A program made the position numbers and the translations under genes. Positions 28,632 through 37,577 of a stretch of 64,000 nucleotides of DNA are shown here, piece after piece. This DNA is from Bacillota bacterium (GTDB taxonomy: Bacteria; Bacillota; Clostridia; Christensenellales; SZUA-584). Each line of letters opens with the position of its first letter. The first letter of the stretch is position 1. The notes beneath the pieces were generated by a model, which was not told the DNA's origin, made no database searches, and saw nothing but the letters and a program-made list of their open reading frames with translations. The stretch lies in NCBI GenBank assembly GCA_023416745.1, contig JAEZHF010000020.1:1606-65605 (forward strand), read 5' to 3'.

Positions 28632-29003
28632 TTATCTATGCTGATCGATAAGAATTGGATTGCCATCAGGGTCTTCAATGGTCAAATATGCCGGGCCATT
28701 CGTTGCAGGATCGACCTGTTCGATTATTTCAATTCCTTTTGAGCGAAGATCTTCCAGAATCTCCCGAACATCCTTAAACGGATTGACTTCCTCCGCCATA
28801 TCATTCCATCCGGGATTAAAAGTCAGAATATTCTTCGGGAACATATCTTGAAATAACCCGATGGTGCAGTCATCGCTGCGCATAATCAACCAATTGTCTG
28901 CGATTTGCCCGCCTGCTTCACGAAACCCTAGTTTCTCATAAAATATCTTTGATGCCGTAATGTCCTTTACGGCAAGGCTTACCGAAAACGCTCCGATACT
29001 CAT
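28632..29003 (-). CDS. VOC / glyoxalase family protein
   Basis: 123 aa. 'FSVSLAVKDITASKIFYEKLGF' and 'LTIEDPDGNPILIDQ' are typical of paired beta-alpha-beta-beta-beta modules. Confidence 0.75.
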   Translation of the reverse strand: MSIGAFSVSLAVKDITASKIFYEKLGFREAGGQIADNWLIMRSDDCTIGLFQDMFPKNILTFNPGWNDMAEEVNPFKDVREILEDLRSKGIEIIEQVDPATNGPAYLTIEDPDGNPILIDQHR

Positions 29004-29024
29004 ATTGACCTCCTGAGGAATCCG

Positions 29025-29726
29025 TCAATATCCCATGTCGCCCGTCCAGACGTCCGGGTCGGCCTTTTCTTTCCGTTTGGGCTTGAACACCTCTTTGTCG
29101 TCCGAAAGAACCTGCTTCTTCGCCGTTACGCCAAACTGCACCAGCAGGCTCACCAGCGTCAGCCCCAGCGCCACACCCGTTATCAGCAGCGCATTGCCCG
29201 ACAGAAAGCTCTCCAGCGGCACGAATATGTTGCCGCCCTGAAACGCCGATATGTCCGTTCCCTGCAGATAGATGTACAGCCCGAGGTAGGCCGCTGCACA
29301 GCCGCCGAGCACCGAGGTGGATATCACCACGCCCACTTTTTTATACACCGACGTCAGCAGACCGGCCATCACGCTGAGCGTCAGCACCACGGGGTAAAGC
29401 AGCTCAAAGCTGTGCAGACCCGCCGCGTAAACAGCGAATATGAGCAGAAGTACACTGCCCAGCAGGCCGGCAAAGAAGCCAGCCAGCTGCTTGACTAAGA
29501 ACAATACGAGATAAACGGCAATAGCTGTGCCGCCAAAGAACAGCCAGGTGCCAATGCCGTCCAGCGTCAGCAGATCGTACAGGTAGATGTAGATGAGACC
29601 CTCCAGCACGGCCAGCCCGCTTAAAGGCAGCAGAAACCGGGCCAGCTTGTAGCCGAAAAAGCCTGTCAGCAGAGCCAGCAGCAGTCCCACGCTGCCGCCG
29701 ATGAGCAATGGAATTGAAGGATTCAT
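29025..29726 (-). CDS. polytopic membrane protein (DUF4203/TM7S3-like)
   Basis: About 7 hydrophobic helices. 'GFFGYKLARFLLPLSGL' motif. Acidic/basic C-terminal tail. Confidence 0.6.
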   Translation of the reverse strand: MNPSIPLLIGGSVGLLLALLTGFFGYKLARFLLPLSGLAVLEGLIYIYLYDLLTLDGIGTWLFFGGTAIAVYLVLFLVKQLAGFFAGLLGSVLLLIFAVYAAGLHSFELLYPVVLTLSVMAGLLTSVYKKVGVVISTSVLGGCAAAYLGLYIYLQGTDISAFQGGNIFVPLESFLSGNALLITGVALGLTLVSLLVQFGVTAKKQVLSDDKEVFKPKRKEKADPDVWTGDMGY

Positions 29727-29748
29727 GCGTGATCCCCTTTCCGTATTA

Positions 29749-30360
29749 TCAGGATTTCTTTTTGCCCGTCACCATTAGCTGAATGATAAGTCCGGCCAGA
29801 AAGAACCCGGCCAGAGCAATCAGGTATACCGTTGACGTATAGGCCGTGTAGGTCGTCTGCGCGTCATACAGCACGAAGGACTGCATCTTCACACCGTTAA
29901 CGATCTGATCAACGACCTGCGCCAGCGCCGAAGCGCCGATATAAGCAGTGAACACCGAAACGAATATGCGCCGCTGGTTCAGCGTCAGCGCGCCCAGCGC
30001 ACTGCTGATGAGCAGCACCGGGATATACACATACCATTCCAGCAGATAAAGCCCCAGCACCTGCACAAGCAGGAGGCACAGCATGATGCCGCCGCCGAAG
30101 CCGATAAAGAAGATGCCCACATAGAGGAGCAGTATAAACACCACCGCGCCCAGCGCACCCACGCCCAGACTGGCCAGCAGCACTGCGGTATCCCCCAGGG
30201 ACGTCACCAGCGGCAGCACGGTGTTGCCGATAAGAAACCCGACGACGAAACCGTATACGCCAAGTATCACCTTGAGCCATCTGTTGCCAAAGAAGCAGAA
30301 CACCGCGCCGATAGCCAGATTGACGATCAGCAGTATGATTGACAGCGCTTGCATGTCCAT
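29749..30360 (-). CDS. polytopic membrane protein (DUF4203/TM7S3-like), paralogue of the neighbour
   Basis: 'CFFGNRWLKVILGVYGF' motif, about 6 helices, same orientation, 22 nt upstream of its paralogue. Confidence 0.6.
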   Translation of the reverse strand: MDMQALSIILLIVNLAIGAVFCFFGNRWLKVILGVYGFVVGFLIGNTVLPLVTSLGDTAVLLASLGVGALGAVVFILLLYVGIFFIGFGGGIMLCLLLVQVLGLYLLEWYVYIPVLLISSALGALTLNQRRIFVSVFTAYIGASALAQVVDQIVNGVKMQSFVLYDAQTTYTAYTSTVYLIALAGFFLAGLIIQLMVTGKKKS

Positions 30361-30422
30361 ATCGTTACCTCTCTGTTGCTTTTTTTCATTCTACCACATA
30401 CTATATAAAATACCATACAATT

Positions 30423-30914
30423 TTAAGCTTCCGGTATCAGCAGCAGCAGCCCCGGGTATAATTCTTCCCGTTGCTCAAGCCAGTTTACACGACGGATAAC
30501 ACGTGCCGTTGTCCCAAAGCGACGCGCAAGATCTTCCAGTCTTTCGCCATCACGCACACAATATATCTGCCCCGCCAGCCGGGGAATGACCAGCGACTCC
30601 CCCGGCCTTAAGTCGCCCGGATCCTCCATGGCGTTGGCCTTGAGCAATATGCGCATTGTAAGGCCTGCACTCCGCGCGATGCCATAAAGCGTATCGTCCG
30701 GCTGCACGATGTAGACCGCATGCGCCGCCTGCTGTTCCGCGCAGCGGTTGCAGAAGCACCGGTGCGGAATCTTCAGCTCGCGCATATGGGACAGCTGCTG
30801 GGCATCCGCCAGTGCGTTTGCGCGCATGATCATGCAGACAGGCACGCGGTACTGCGCGCTCAAAGCTTCGAGGCGGTCTGTCCGCCGCAACCTGTGTATT
30901 GTCATATGCTCCAT
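30423..30914 (-). CDS. LysM repeat protein (three LysM-like modules, no signal peptide seen)
   Basis: 'YIVQPDDTLYGIARSAGLTMRILLKANAM..PGESLVIP' and 'YCVRDGERLEDLARRFGTTARVIRRVNWL', plus a degenerate first copy. Confidence 0.7.
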   Translation of the reverse strand: MEHMTIHRLRRTDRLEALSAQYRVPVCMIMRANALADAQQLSHMRELKIPHRCFCNRCAEQQAAHAVYIVQPDDTLYGIARSAGLTMRILLKANAMEDPGDLRPGESLVIPRLAGQIYCVRDGERLEDLARRFGTTARVIRRVNWLEQREELYPGLLLLIPEA

Positions 30915-30953
30915 ATAACCACTCCCGGTAGAGTGTATGCGACCAGAAGGGTT

Positions 30954-32108
30954 CTATATGAGAGCGCGGATAAATTCCCTGCATGAATCCAGTGTGAAGG
31001 CCACCGGATTCTTCTTCATCGACGAACCCATTGATGCCGCAGCCAGCTCGTCAAGATTGTCCTCAGACACGCCCAGCACCCGCAGCGATTCGGGAAGCCC
31101 GACGTACCGGCCAAGTGCTTCCACCGCCTCGGCCACCGCCGCCGCGCCTTCACTGTCGTCCGCAAAGTGCCGACCGCAGACAGCCGGAGCCAGCTGCGCG
31201 TATTTGGCAACGCCGTGCTCACAGTTGTAGCGCATCACATGCGGCAGCAGCATGCCGCAGGCCACACCGTGCTGTACGCCCAGTACCGCGCCCAGACCCG
31301 CGCCAATGCCGTGCGCCGCGCCCAGCCCCGCGTTAGCGAGGCACATGCCGCTCACCATCGACGCCAGCGACATCGTCTCACGCGCATCCATATCGCCGGC
31401 GTTGTCGTACGCCCTCTTCAGCGCGTCCATCGCAAGCGGTGTGTGGTACAGCGCCATCGCGTCGCAGAACGGGTTGGCCGCCAGCGTCGTGAAGCTCTCA
31501 ATCAGCTGGCAGATCGCGTCCATGCCGGACGCCGCCGTCACGCTCTGCGGTACAGACACCGTCAGCTCCGGGTCCACCACCGCGACGCGCGCCATCATCC
31601 TGTCGTCGCGCATGCTCACCTTGAAGCGTTCCTTCACTGACATAATAACCGCGTTCTTCGTCACCTCTGTGCCGGTGCCTGCCGTGGTCGGCGCCGCGAT
31701 AAACGGCAGCGGGTCCGCCGTTATTTGGGAACCGTCACCCACGCCCTCCAGATACGAGCGCACTCTGCCGCCGCTGGTGATTACAGCTGCGGCCGCCTTG
31801 GCAGTATCCAGTGCACTGCCGCCGCCGATACCCAGCACCGCGTCTACGCCCGCGCTGCGCCCCATCGCCGCCGCTGCGTCTACGATGTCGGGCGTCGGCT
31901 CTCCCGCCGCGCCGTCGTACAGCGTACAAGCGATGCCCTGCGCCGACATGCCGTCAAGCAGCGCATCCAGCACGCCACTGCGCTTCAGCGAACCGCCGCC
32001 AGTCACGATCAGAAAGTGTTTGCCGTAAGCCGCGCACAATCCGGGCAGCTTCTTTACCGCTCCCCGCTCAAACACAATACGGGGAGCTGTCACAAACTCA
32101 AAACCCAT
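30954..32108 (-). CDS. iron-containing (group III) alcohol dehydrogenase
   Basis: 'GIGGGSALDTAKAAA' and the metal-binding region 'AHGIGAGLGAVLGVQHGVACGMLLPHVMRYN'. Confidence 0.88.
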   Translation of the reverse strand: MGFEFVTAPRIVFERGAVKKLPGLCAAYGKHFLIVTGGGSLKRSGVLDALLDGMSAQGIACTLYDGAAGEPTPDIVDAAAAMGRSAGVDAVLGIGGGSALDTAKAAAAVITSGGRVRSYLEGVGDGSQITADPLPFIAAPTTAGTGTEVTKNAVIMSVKERFKVSMRDDRMMARVAVVDPELTVSVPQSVTAASGMDAICQLIESFTTLAANPFCDAMALYHTPLAMDALKRAYDNAGDMDARETMSLASMVSGMCLANAGLGAAHGIGAGLGAVLGVQHGVACGMLLPHVMRYNCEHGVAKYAQLAPAVCGRHFADDSEGAAAVAEAVEALGRYVGLPESLRVLGVSEDNLDELAAASMGSSMKKNPVAFTLDSCREFIRALI

Positions 32109-32117
32109 CTTTCCTCC

Positions 32118-33275
32118 TCATTCGCCGCGCTGCAGCGCCACCAGCTCCGATGCCGTCACGACAAAGCCCGTATTGCGGCAGTCCTGCTCGGTGAAGCGTC
32201 CCTCAGAGCCCGAGCTGCCATGTCCCAGCAGCACGAAAGGTGCGGGGTCACCGCCGTGACCGCCGCTGTCCGAGAACGTGTAGTGGTCGGACACGATAAA
32301 CGCGCTGTACGGCTCCTTCACACTTTCAAAGAACGGCCTGATGAAATGCTCGTCGATCAGCTCGATGGCCTGCATCTTGCCCACCGGCTGCAGCTCGTGG
32401 GACAGGTCGTCCAGCTTCTGTATGTGGATATACGCGTAGTCGTAATCATTCACTGCCTTGAGTGCTGCCTGTGTTTTCTCCTTCAGGAAGTCCGTAAAGT
32501 CCTTGTCCTCCGGCAGCGTCACAATGTTCAGCCCCGCCAGCGCCGCGATACCGCGCATCAGTGACGTCTCGGCCAGCACCACACGCTTGCCCTCGGGCAG
32601 CGCGCCGAAGTCGGGCGCGGAAGAAGCGCCCCAAAACCAGATGGCGTTCGCCTTGGTGGGGTTGTCCGCTTTGAGCACCGCATACGCCTTCTTCATCAGC
32701 GCGAAATACTGCTGCATGATCTCGTTGCCCTGCGTGTGCTGCGCTACAGTGTCGCCGATCATATCGTGAGCGGGCATGAACTTCAGCTGCTCCGCGAGTT
32801 CACCCGCACCCTCCACCACCAATATGTTGCGGAAGGTATCCGCGTGGTACAGCTTAAACGGCGGGTGGAACACCTCTCTGTTCAGCCGTTCGGTAAGCGG
32901 CGCGGCCTCCTCCGTTTCCACATCATTCGCGTTGTAGCTCTCCAGTGTGCTGGATTCGTACTCGTCCCCCTCCAGCGTCACGAAGTTGCAGCGGATATAG
33001 AGGTTGCCCGGCGTCACCGGAAACCCCGCGCCCGCGGCCTCGATCACTGCGCGGCCCTTATATGTCTTCTCCGGGTCAAAGCCCAGCAGGCTCAAATTCG
33101 CGACGGCGCTGCCGATCTCCAGCCCCGGCTTGATCGTGCGCACCGTACCGGGTCTGCCGGAAGCAAAGAGCTTATCCAGCCCCGGCGTCTTCGCCGCTTC
33201 CATTGGTGTTTTGCCGCCCAGCTTCTGCTGCGGCCTGTCGGCGATGCCGTCCAGTACAATCGTGAACTGTTTCAT
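32118..33275 (-). CDS. cofactor-independent phosphoglycerate mutase-like metalloenzyme (ApgM / proposed-homoserine-kinase clade)
   Basis: 'IVLDGIADRP..LGGKTPMEAAKTPGLDKL..GSAVANLSLLGFDP' and C-terminal 'FIVSDHYTFSDSGGHGGDPAPFVL'. Confidence 0.75.
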   Translation of the reverse strand: MKQFTIVLDGIADRPQQKLGGKTPMEAAKTPGLDKLFASGRPGTVRTIKPGLEIGSAVANLSLLGFDPEKTYKGRAVIEAAGAGFPVTPGNLYIRCNFVTLEGDEYESSTLESYNANDVETEEAAPLTERLNREVFHPPFKLYHADTFRNILVVEGAGELAEQLKFMPAHDMIGDTVAQHTQGNEIMQQYFALMKKAYAVLKADNPTKANAIWFWGASSAPDFGALPEGKRVVLAETSLMRGIAALAGLNIVTLPEDKDFTDFLKEKTQAALKAVNDYDYAYIHIQKLDDLSHELQPVGKMQAIELIDEHFIRPFFESVKEPYSAFIVSDHYTFSDSGGHGGDPAPFVLLGHGSSGSEGRFTEQDCRNTGFVVTASELVALQRGE

Positions 33276-34363
33276 GTTATTCTCCTTGCTGATAGCTGTT
33301 CATATATGTCGTCCGCTGATGGCGGGCACCCTTTTACAAATTTGTCGAAGCCCTTCGTGCAGTCGCCGCAGCCTACAGCGCCGCCGATGCCGCGATAGCC
33401 CTGTCCCACGCAAACGCGTGATTCCATGGGCATTCCCGCCTCGGCCATGCGTATCAGGGCGCTCAGCAGATTGCCGTAGCACGCGCTGCATGCCTTGTCA
33501 GCGTCCGCCAGCGCCTTGGCCGCCTCCACCGACGCTGACCGCGTGACCTGCACCGTTTTTTGATCGCTGTTGAGGTAAACGATCTCCGTGTTAGAAACGT
33601 CCGCGCTGCCCACGCCAATGCGTTCTGCGATGGTGATATACTCGATATCCGACGGCTTGTAGCCCAGCAGCCCCGCGGCATACGCGTCCACCAGTACGCT
33701 GTCCGCACCGGCCAGCATCGTGTTCAGCCGCGCGGGGCGTCCGCCTTCCTCGAAGTTCGGGTCGGTACAGGTGCCGTCCGCAATCGTCAGCGAAGGGCGT
33801 ATCATCTTGTTCAGATAAGCGATGGGCTTGTGCAGCCCCGCCGCGTGAAACCGCCGCTTCTCGCGGTCGGGTATAAGTCCTTTTAAGTTCTTCAGCGCGC
33901 AGGTGATGTTTGTCTGCGAATGCCCCTTGATGAGGGGCAGGTTGATGATATAATCCATCGCCAGCGCGCGGGCGGAAATGTCTATCTTCATACCATCGTA
34001 TTCGCGCGTTTCGCACTTATCCTTCTTGACATCGATCAGCTCCACGCCATACTGCCGCGCCAGCTCCGCATATCCGCATGCCTTGAACGCCCGTGCGGTA
34101 TCCACCGCCAGCCACGCACTCTCGATTACGGAAATGTTCCGGAATCCGCGCTCCCGGAAGTATTCGATCACCGCGGCGCATATCGCGGGGTTTGTGGTCG
34201 CGCCGCTCTGCCAGCCCTTTGCGACGACCAGATTCGGCTTGATACCGATGCCCGCATCCGGGTTTAGCCCGTGTTCAGGCTTTATTTGCTCCAGTATCTG
34301 CTGTGTCATCGCGGCGGGGTCTTTGCCATATGAAACATACAATCTGTCTGCTGCCTCTTTCAT
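33272..34363 (-). CDS. DUF362-like protein with Cys-rich C-terminus
   Basis: 'IGIKPNLVVAK..ATTNPAICAAVIEYF', 'INLPLIKGHSQTNITCALKNLKGLIP', C-terminal 'CSACYGN...GCGDCTKG..GCPP'. The stop overlaps the next ATG (ATGA). Confidence 0.6.
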   Translation of the reverse strand: MKEAADRLYVSYGKDPAAMTQQILEQIKPEHGLNPDAGIGIKPNLVVAKGWQSGATTNPAICAAVIEYFRERGFRNISVIESAWLAVDTARAFKACGYAELARQYGVELIDVKKDKCETREYDGMKIDISARALAMDYIINLPLIKGHSQTNITCALKNLKGLIPDREKRRFHAAGLHKPIAYLNKMIRPSLTIADGTCTDPNFEEGGRPARLNTMLAGADSVLVDAYAAGLLGYKPSDIEYITIAERIGVGSADVSNTEIVYLNSDQKTVQVTRSASVEAAKALADADKACSACYGNLLSALIRMAEAGMPMESRVCVGQGYRGIGGAVGCGDCTKGFDKFVKGCPPSADDIYEQLSARRIT

Positions 34364-34446
34364 TTTTTTATTATATCATAGCCTGGCGACAAAACCATCA
34401 CCGAATTATACTGAACCGCGATCTGCATATGCATCAGTATAACATG

Positions 34447-34475
34447 TAAAAGACGCGGGAACCCCCGCGCCTTTT
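34447..34475 (-). terminator. intrinsic terminator about 100 nt after the Gfo/Idh/MocA gene
   Basis: Minus strand GGCGCGGGGGTTCCCGCGTC followed by TTTT. It is flanked by an A-run, so it could be bidirectional. Confidence 0.55.
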
Positions 34476-34573
34476 ACCTTCATTGCTGTACCTTGTATAC
34501 ATACCGTTATAACAATAGTATCTTAACCGATAAAAACCGCCTTTTGGATGCTTGCGTGCTGACGATCAATTTT

Positions 34574-35704
34574 TTACAACTTCACCCACTGTCCGCAGTT
34601 ATCCGACTCATACGCTTTTTCCATGACGTACTCGATGTAAGCGCCTTCGCTGAACGAGGGTGTGCTCCTTTTACCTTCGTATACATGCGACAGGAAATTG
34701 TACATGCAGTGAACATGGCCGCGCATAAAGTCTATCGAGAACTTGGGGCCGGGAAAGAAACCGCCAGGGCTTTCGTAACGGTTGACGCATTCTATCGCCT
34801 TAAAGCCGGACTCTCCGCCGTAAGGCATGTCGGGTTGAGTTCCGTCATAGAACAACAGCTCATTGGGCTTCATCGAGTTATAATAAACCGCGCCTTTGGT
34901 GCCGTGAATCTCGAACCGCAACTCGTCATTGGTACCCATTGCGATTTTGGAGGCTTCAACGATGCCCGTTGCCCCGCTCTTCATCTTAACCATGGAAACG
35001 GACAGGTCCTCTGCATCCACATCGATCATGTTCCCGTCCTTGTCGGGCCGCTGCGGATAGACGATGGTGTTTTTTGTCAGCACACTGTCATATTCGCCCA
35101 GCAGCCAGTACATCAGATCAAACACATGGCTGCCGAGGTCAAACAACACGCCGCCGCCGCCAAACGCCTTCTGCTGTTTCCAGCCGATCACCTTGTTCGG
35201 ATTCACCCCAGTGGGATGCAGATAGGCCGAACGGAACGAGAGAATACGCCCCAGACGCCCGTCCTCTATCAGCTGCTTTGCGCGCAGCGTGCCGGTATAG
35301 AACCGGTACTGGAGCGCCATCTGCGTGATGCTGCCGCTCTCTTCCGCCGTCCGTACCACCTCCATCGCCTCAGCGTACGAAGCGGCCAGCGGCTTGTCGC
35401 AGTATACGTGCTTGCCGGCCTTCAAGGCTTTTAAGACGCCTTCCTTGTGGTAGATGTTAGGTGTGCAGATGTCGATAATGTCGATATCCGGATCTGCGAA
35501 AAGCTCATCAGGGTTCAGTACAGCTTTCTCAAAGCCCAGTTCCTCCTTCGCGCGCCCGGCCACACCGGGTACAGGATCCGCTACGCCTGCCAGCGTGATC
35601 TTAAATGGCAGATCCCGATAATACAGCGGTATCGTTTTATAGCCGTATGTATGCGCCCGGCCCATAAATCCGAACCCTACGATGCCCACTCTGATCTCCT
35701 TCAT
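34574..35704 (-). CDS. Gfo/Idh/MocA family oxidoreductase
   Basis: 'IRVGIVGFGFMGRAHTYGY' Rossmann N-terminus; 'CDKPLA' motif. Confidence 0.88.
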   Translation of the reverse strand: MKEIRVGIVGFGFMGRAHTYGYKTIPLYYRDLPFKITLAGVADPVPGVAGRAKEELGFEKAVLNPDELFADPDIDIIDICTPNIYHKEGVLKALKAGKHVYCDKPLAASYAEAMEVVRTAEESGSITQMALQYRFYTGTLRAKQLIEDGRLGRILSFRSAYLHPTGVNPNKVIGWKQQKAFGGGGVLFDLGSHVFDLMYWLLGEYDSVLTKNTIVYPQRPDKDGNMIDVDAEDLSVSMVKMKSGATGIVEASKIAMGTNDELRFEIHGTKGAVYYNSMKPNELLFYDGTQPDMPYGGESGFKAIECVNRYESPGGFFPGPKFSIDFMRGHVHCMYNFLSHVYEGKRSTPSFSEGAYIEYVMEKAYESDNCGQWVKL

Positions 35705-35780
35705 CTTATCCTCCGTTAAAAATTATCATCGGGTTTATCCCGGAATGTGTCGACGTTACGGTTGCGCAATATTACTATTG

Positions 35781-35808
35781 TTCACCTTTGTTCACCTTTG
35801 CGCCTTTG
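35781..35808. repeat. tandem direct repeat TTCACCTTTG x2 plus degenerate CGCCTTTG in the promoter region of the Gfo/Idh/MocA gene
   Basis: Read directly. 10-bp period, 77-104 nt upstream of the ATG at 35704. Confidence 0.6.
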
Positions 35809-35979
35809 TTGTAACAATTTTTCATATCAAGATTATAACGCATCGGTAAACCTGTCAACCAAACCTGCAAATAATGAACATTTGCAAAGGAACATCACTT
35901 AAAACATCAGCTCAATAAAATCCGCTTGTCCCAAAAATCAAACCCAATACGCCACGGTGCACTTTAACCTGTCCTTGTC

Positions 35980-36309
35980 TTAGCGGTTCCTTCGCTTTCG
36001 GCTGGGCCTGATCGTCACTTCCCGGAGTATGGCGCTGCCGACATATACCTTGGCGACAAAGCGTTTGTCCGCTTCCAGCGGCCCGAAAACAAACTCTCCG
36101 TCCGCGTCCGTAAACGTATCCGCCACCGGCAGCAGGCGGTCCTCCTCACAGACAAACAAGCGCACCACCGCATCCGGCACCCGGTCGCCTCCCGCATCGT
36201 ATACCGTTCCGTGGAGTATGCTTCTTTGTTCCCTGGGTGCCGATACCACGGCTTCAATCCTGTCGTTGTTCTCGGTTGAAAATGCGAATTTCAGCGGATA
36301 AAGCGGCAT
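35980..36309 (-). CDS. small cytoplasmic protein with carboxypeptidase-regulatory-like beta-sandwich and basic tail
   Basis: 'GTVYDAGGDRVPDAVVRLF..TDADGEFVFGPLE..YVAKVY'-type pattern. No signal peptide. C-terminal RPSRKRRNR. Confidence 0.5.
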   Translation of the reverse strand: MPLYPLKFAFSTENNDRIEAVVSAPREQRSILHGTVYDAGGDRVPDAVVRLFVCEEDRLLPVADTFTDADGEFVFGPLEADKRFVAKVYVGSAILREVTIRPSRKRRNR

Positions 36310-36410
36310 GAGCGCACCTCCGAGACGTTTTGTACAATATTATTCGCTTACACGCGTATTCATGTATGCTATAATGGGGTAGCCCCTAAAAACAAAAGCG
36401 AGGTAAGCGC

Positions 36411-37577
36411 ATGATATTTGGAGTCAGGGACGTTCGTCAGGAGCTGGGCGGCTACAGCGGCGATAACTGCGAGGCCTGCACGGAGGGCTATATCTACAGA
36501 CTGGTACGCATCACTCGTTTCCTTGTGGTCTTTTTTATCAATCTCATTCCGCTCGGCAGCCGCTACGAGGCCGTCTGCGACAGTTGTGAAGCCGCCTTGG
36601 AGGTCGATAAGACCGAGGGCAGGCGCATCGCCAAGGCGGAGTTTGGCAAACGCATTACCGCTCTGAACACTGTGACTGTACTGAGGCTTTGCGTGTGCAT
36701 ACTGCTGCTTGCCGCTGCCGTTGCTTTGCCGCTCACGTTGATAAAGCCAGCGCCGCCCGGACCCCAGTTGCTCAAAGACATGGTTACCGAAGACGGCATT
36801 TTCACAATTCAGGACAGCGACGGGCAAGTTTTAGGCATCATCGATCAAACGGACGGGCAAAAGACGCTGACGTTCTACGAAAAGACGAGCCGCCTGACCG
36901 GAGAGCCGGGTGCTGACGGCAGCTTTATCCGGCGGGAATACTATATGGAATCACAAAGCGGCACATTTGAAGTCAACAGCGTAATGCTGGAGCGCGTCGC
37001 CGATAACCCCGGTATGCTGGAAGACCGGTACGGAATGGCTGTGCGTATATACCATTATGACGCCGCAACGCAAACGCTGAGTTTTGCCAGAGGCATCGCC
37101 GATCTCACTTCCATCGTATACCAAAAGAATCGCGTCGAGTATCCGTTTGTCTATTATGCAGCGGACGGCACGGCGCAGGATGTTTTCACCGTGCTCCTTA
37201 TAGAGCCTGATTCGCAAATTGAGGCCACGTTCGTGCCTTCGGACGACGGCACAGATCAACTGGCTATCATCATCGTCAGGCAGTTTGAGCACGGCCGGGT
37301 CAGCACGGAATCCATGTACCAGCTTGCCGTTTCAGCGGCAGCGCAGCAGGGCATCAGCCGCACCAGCACAGCGGGCGATATCAAAACGTTTATAGAAAGC
37401 GCCGGGCTGACGCCATCCAATGTGTTGGCCTACAATTATTTCGGTAATACCAAAGTGTATACATCTGTTGAACTGTCAATACCAGATGCTGCCGGTTCGA
37501 TGCAAACCATCACCCAGCCGTTTGAGGTGGTGAAAAAGGATGGCTTTTATATACAGAGAATTCAGGATGCGGAATAA
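36411..37577 (+). CDS. zinc-ribbon membrane protein, function unknown
   Basis: 'CEAC..(hydrophobic FLVVFFINLIPLG)..CDSCEA' zinc_ribbon_15-like N-terminus; TM VLRLCVCILLLAAAVALPL; about 260-aa extracytoplasmic domain. Confidence 0.6.
   Translation: MIFGVRDVRQELGGYSGDNCEACTEGYIYRLVRITRFLVVFFINLIPLGSRYEAVCDSCEAALEVDKTEGRRIAKAEFGKRITALNTVTVLRLCVCILLLAAAVALPLTLIKPAPPGPQLLKDMVTEDGIFTIQDSDGQVLGIIDQTDGQKTLTFYEKTSRLTGEPGADGSFIRREYYMESQSGTFEVNSVMLERVADNPGMLEDRYGMAVRIYHYDAATQTLSFARGIADLTSIVYQKNRVEYPFVYYAADGTAQDVFTVLLIEPDSQIEATFVPSDDGTDQLAIIIVRQFEHGRVSTESMYQLAVSAAAQQGISRTSTAGDIKTFIESAGLTPSNVLAYNYFGNTKVYTSVELSIPDAAGSMQTITQPFEVVKKDGFYIQRIQDAE

Noticed and set aside
35781-35808. Whether the TTCACCTTTG repeats are a CRISPR or minisatellite array.
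   Set aside because: There are only 2.5 copies of a 10-bp unit with no spacers, so this is not CRISPR. I kept it as a possible regulatory direct repeat instead.
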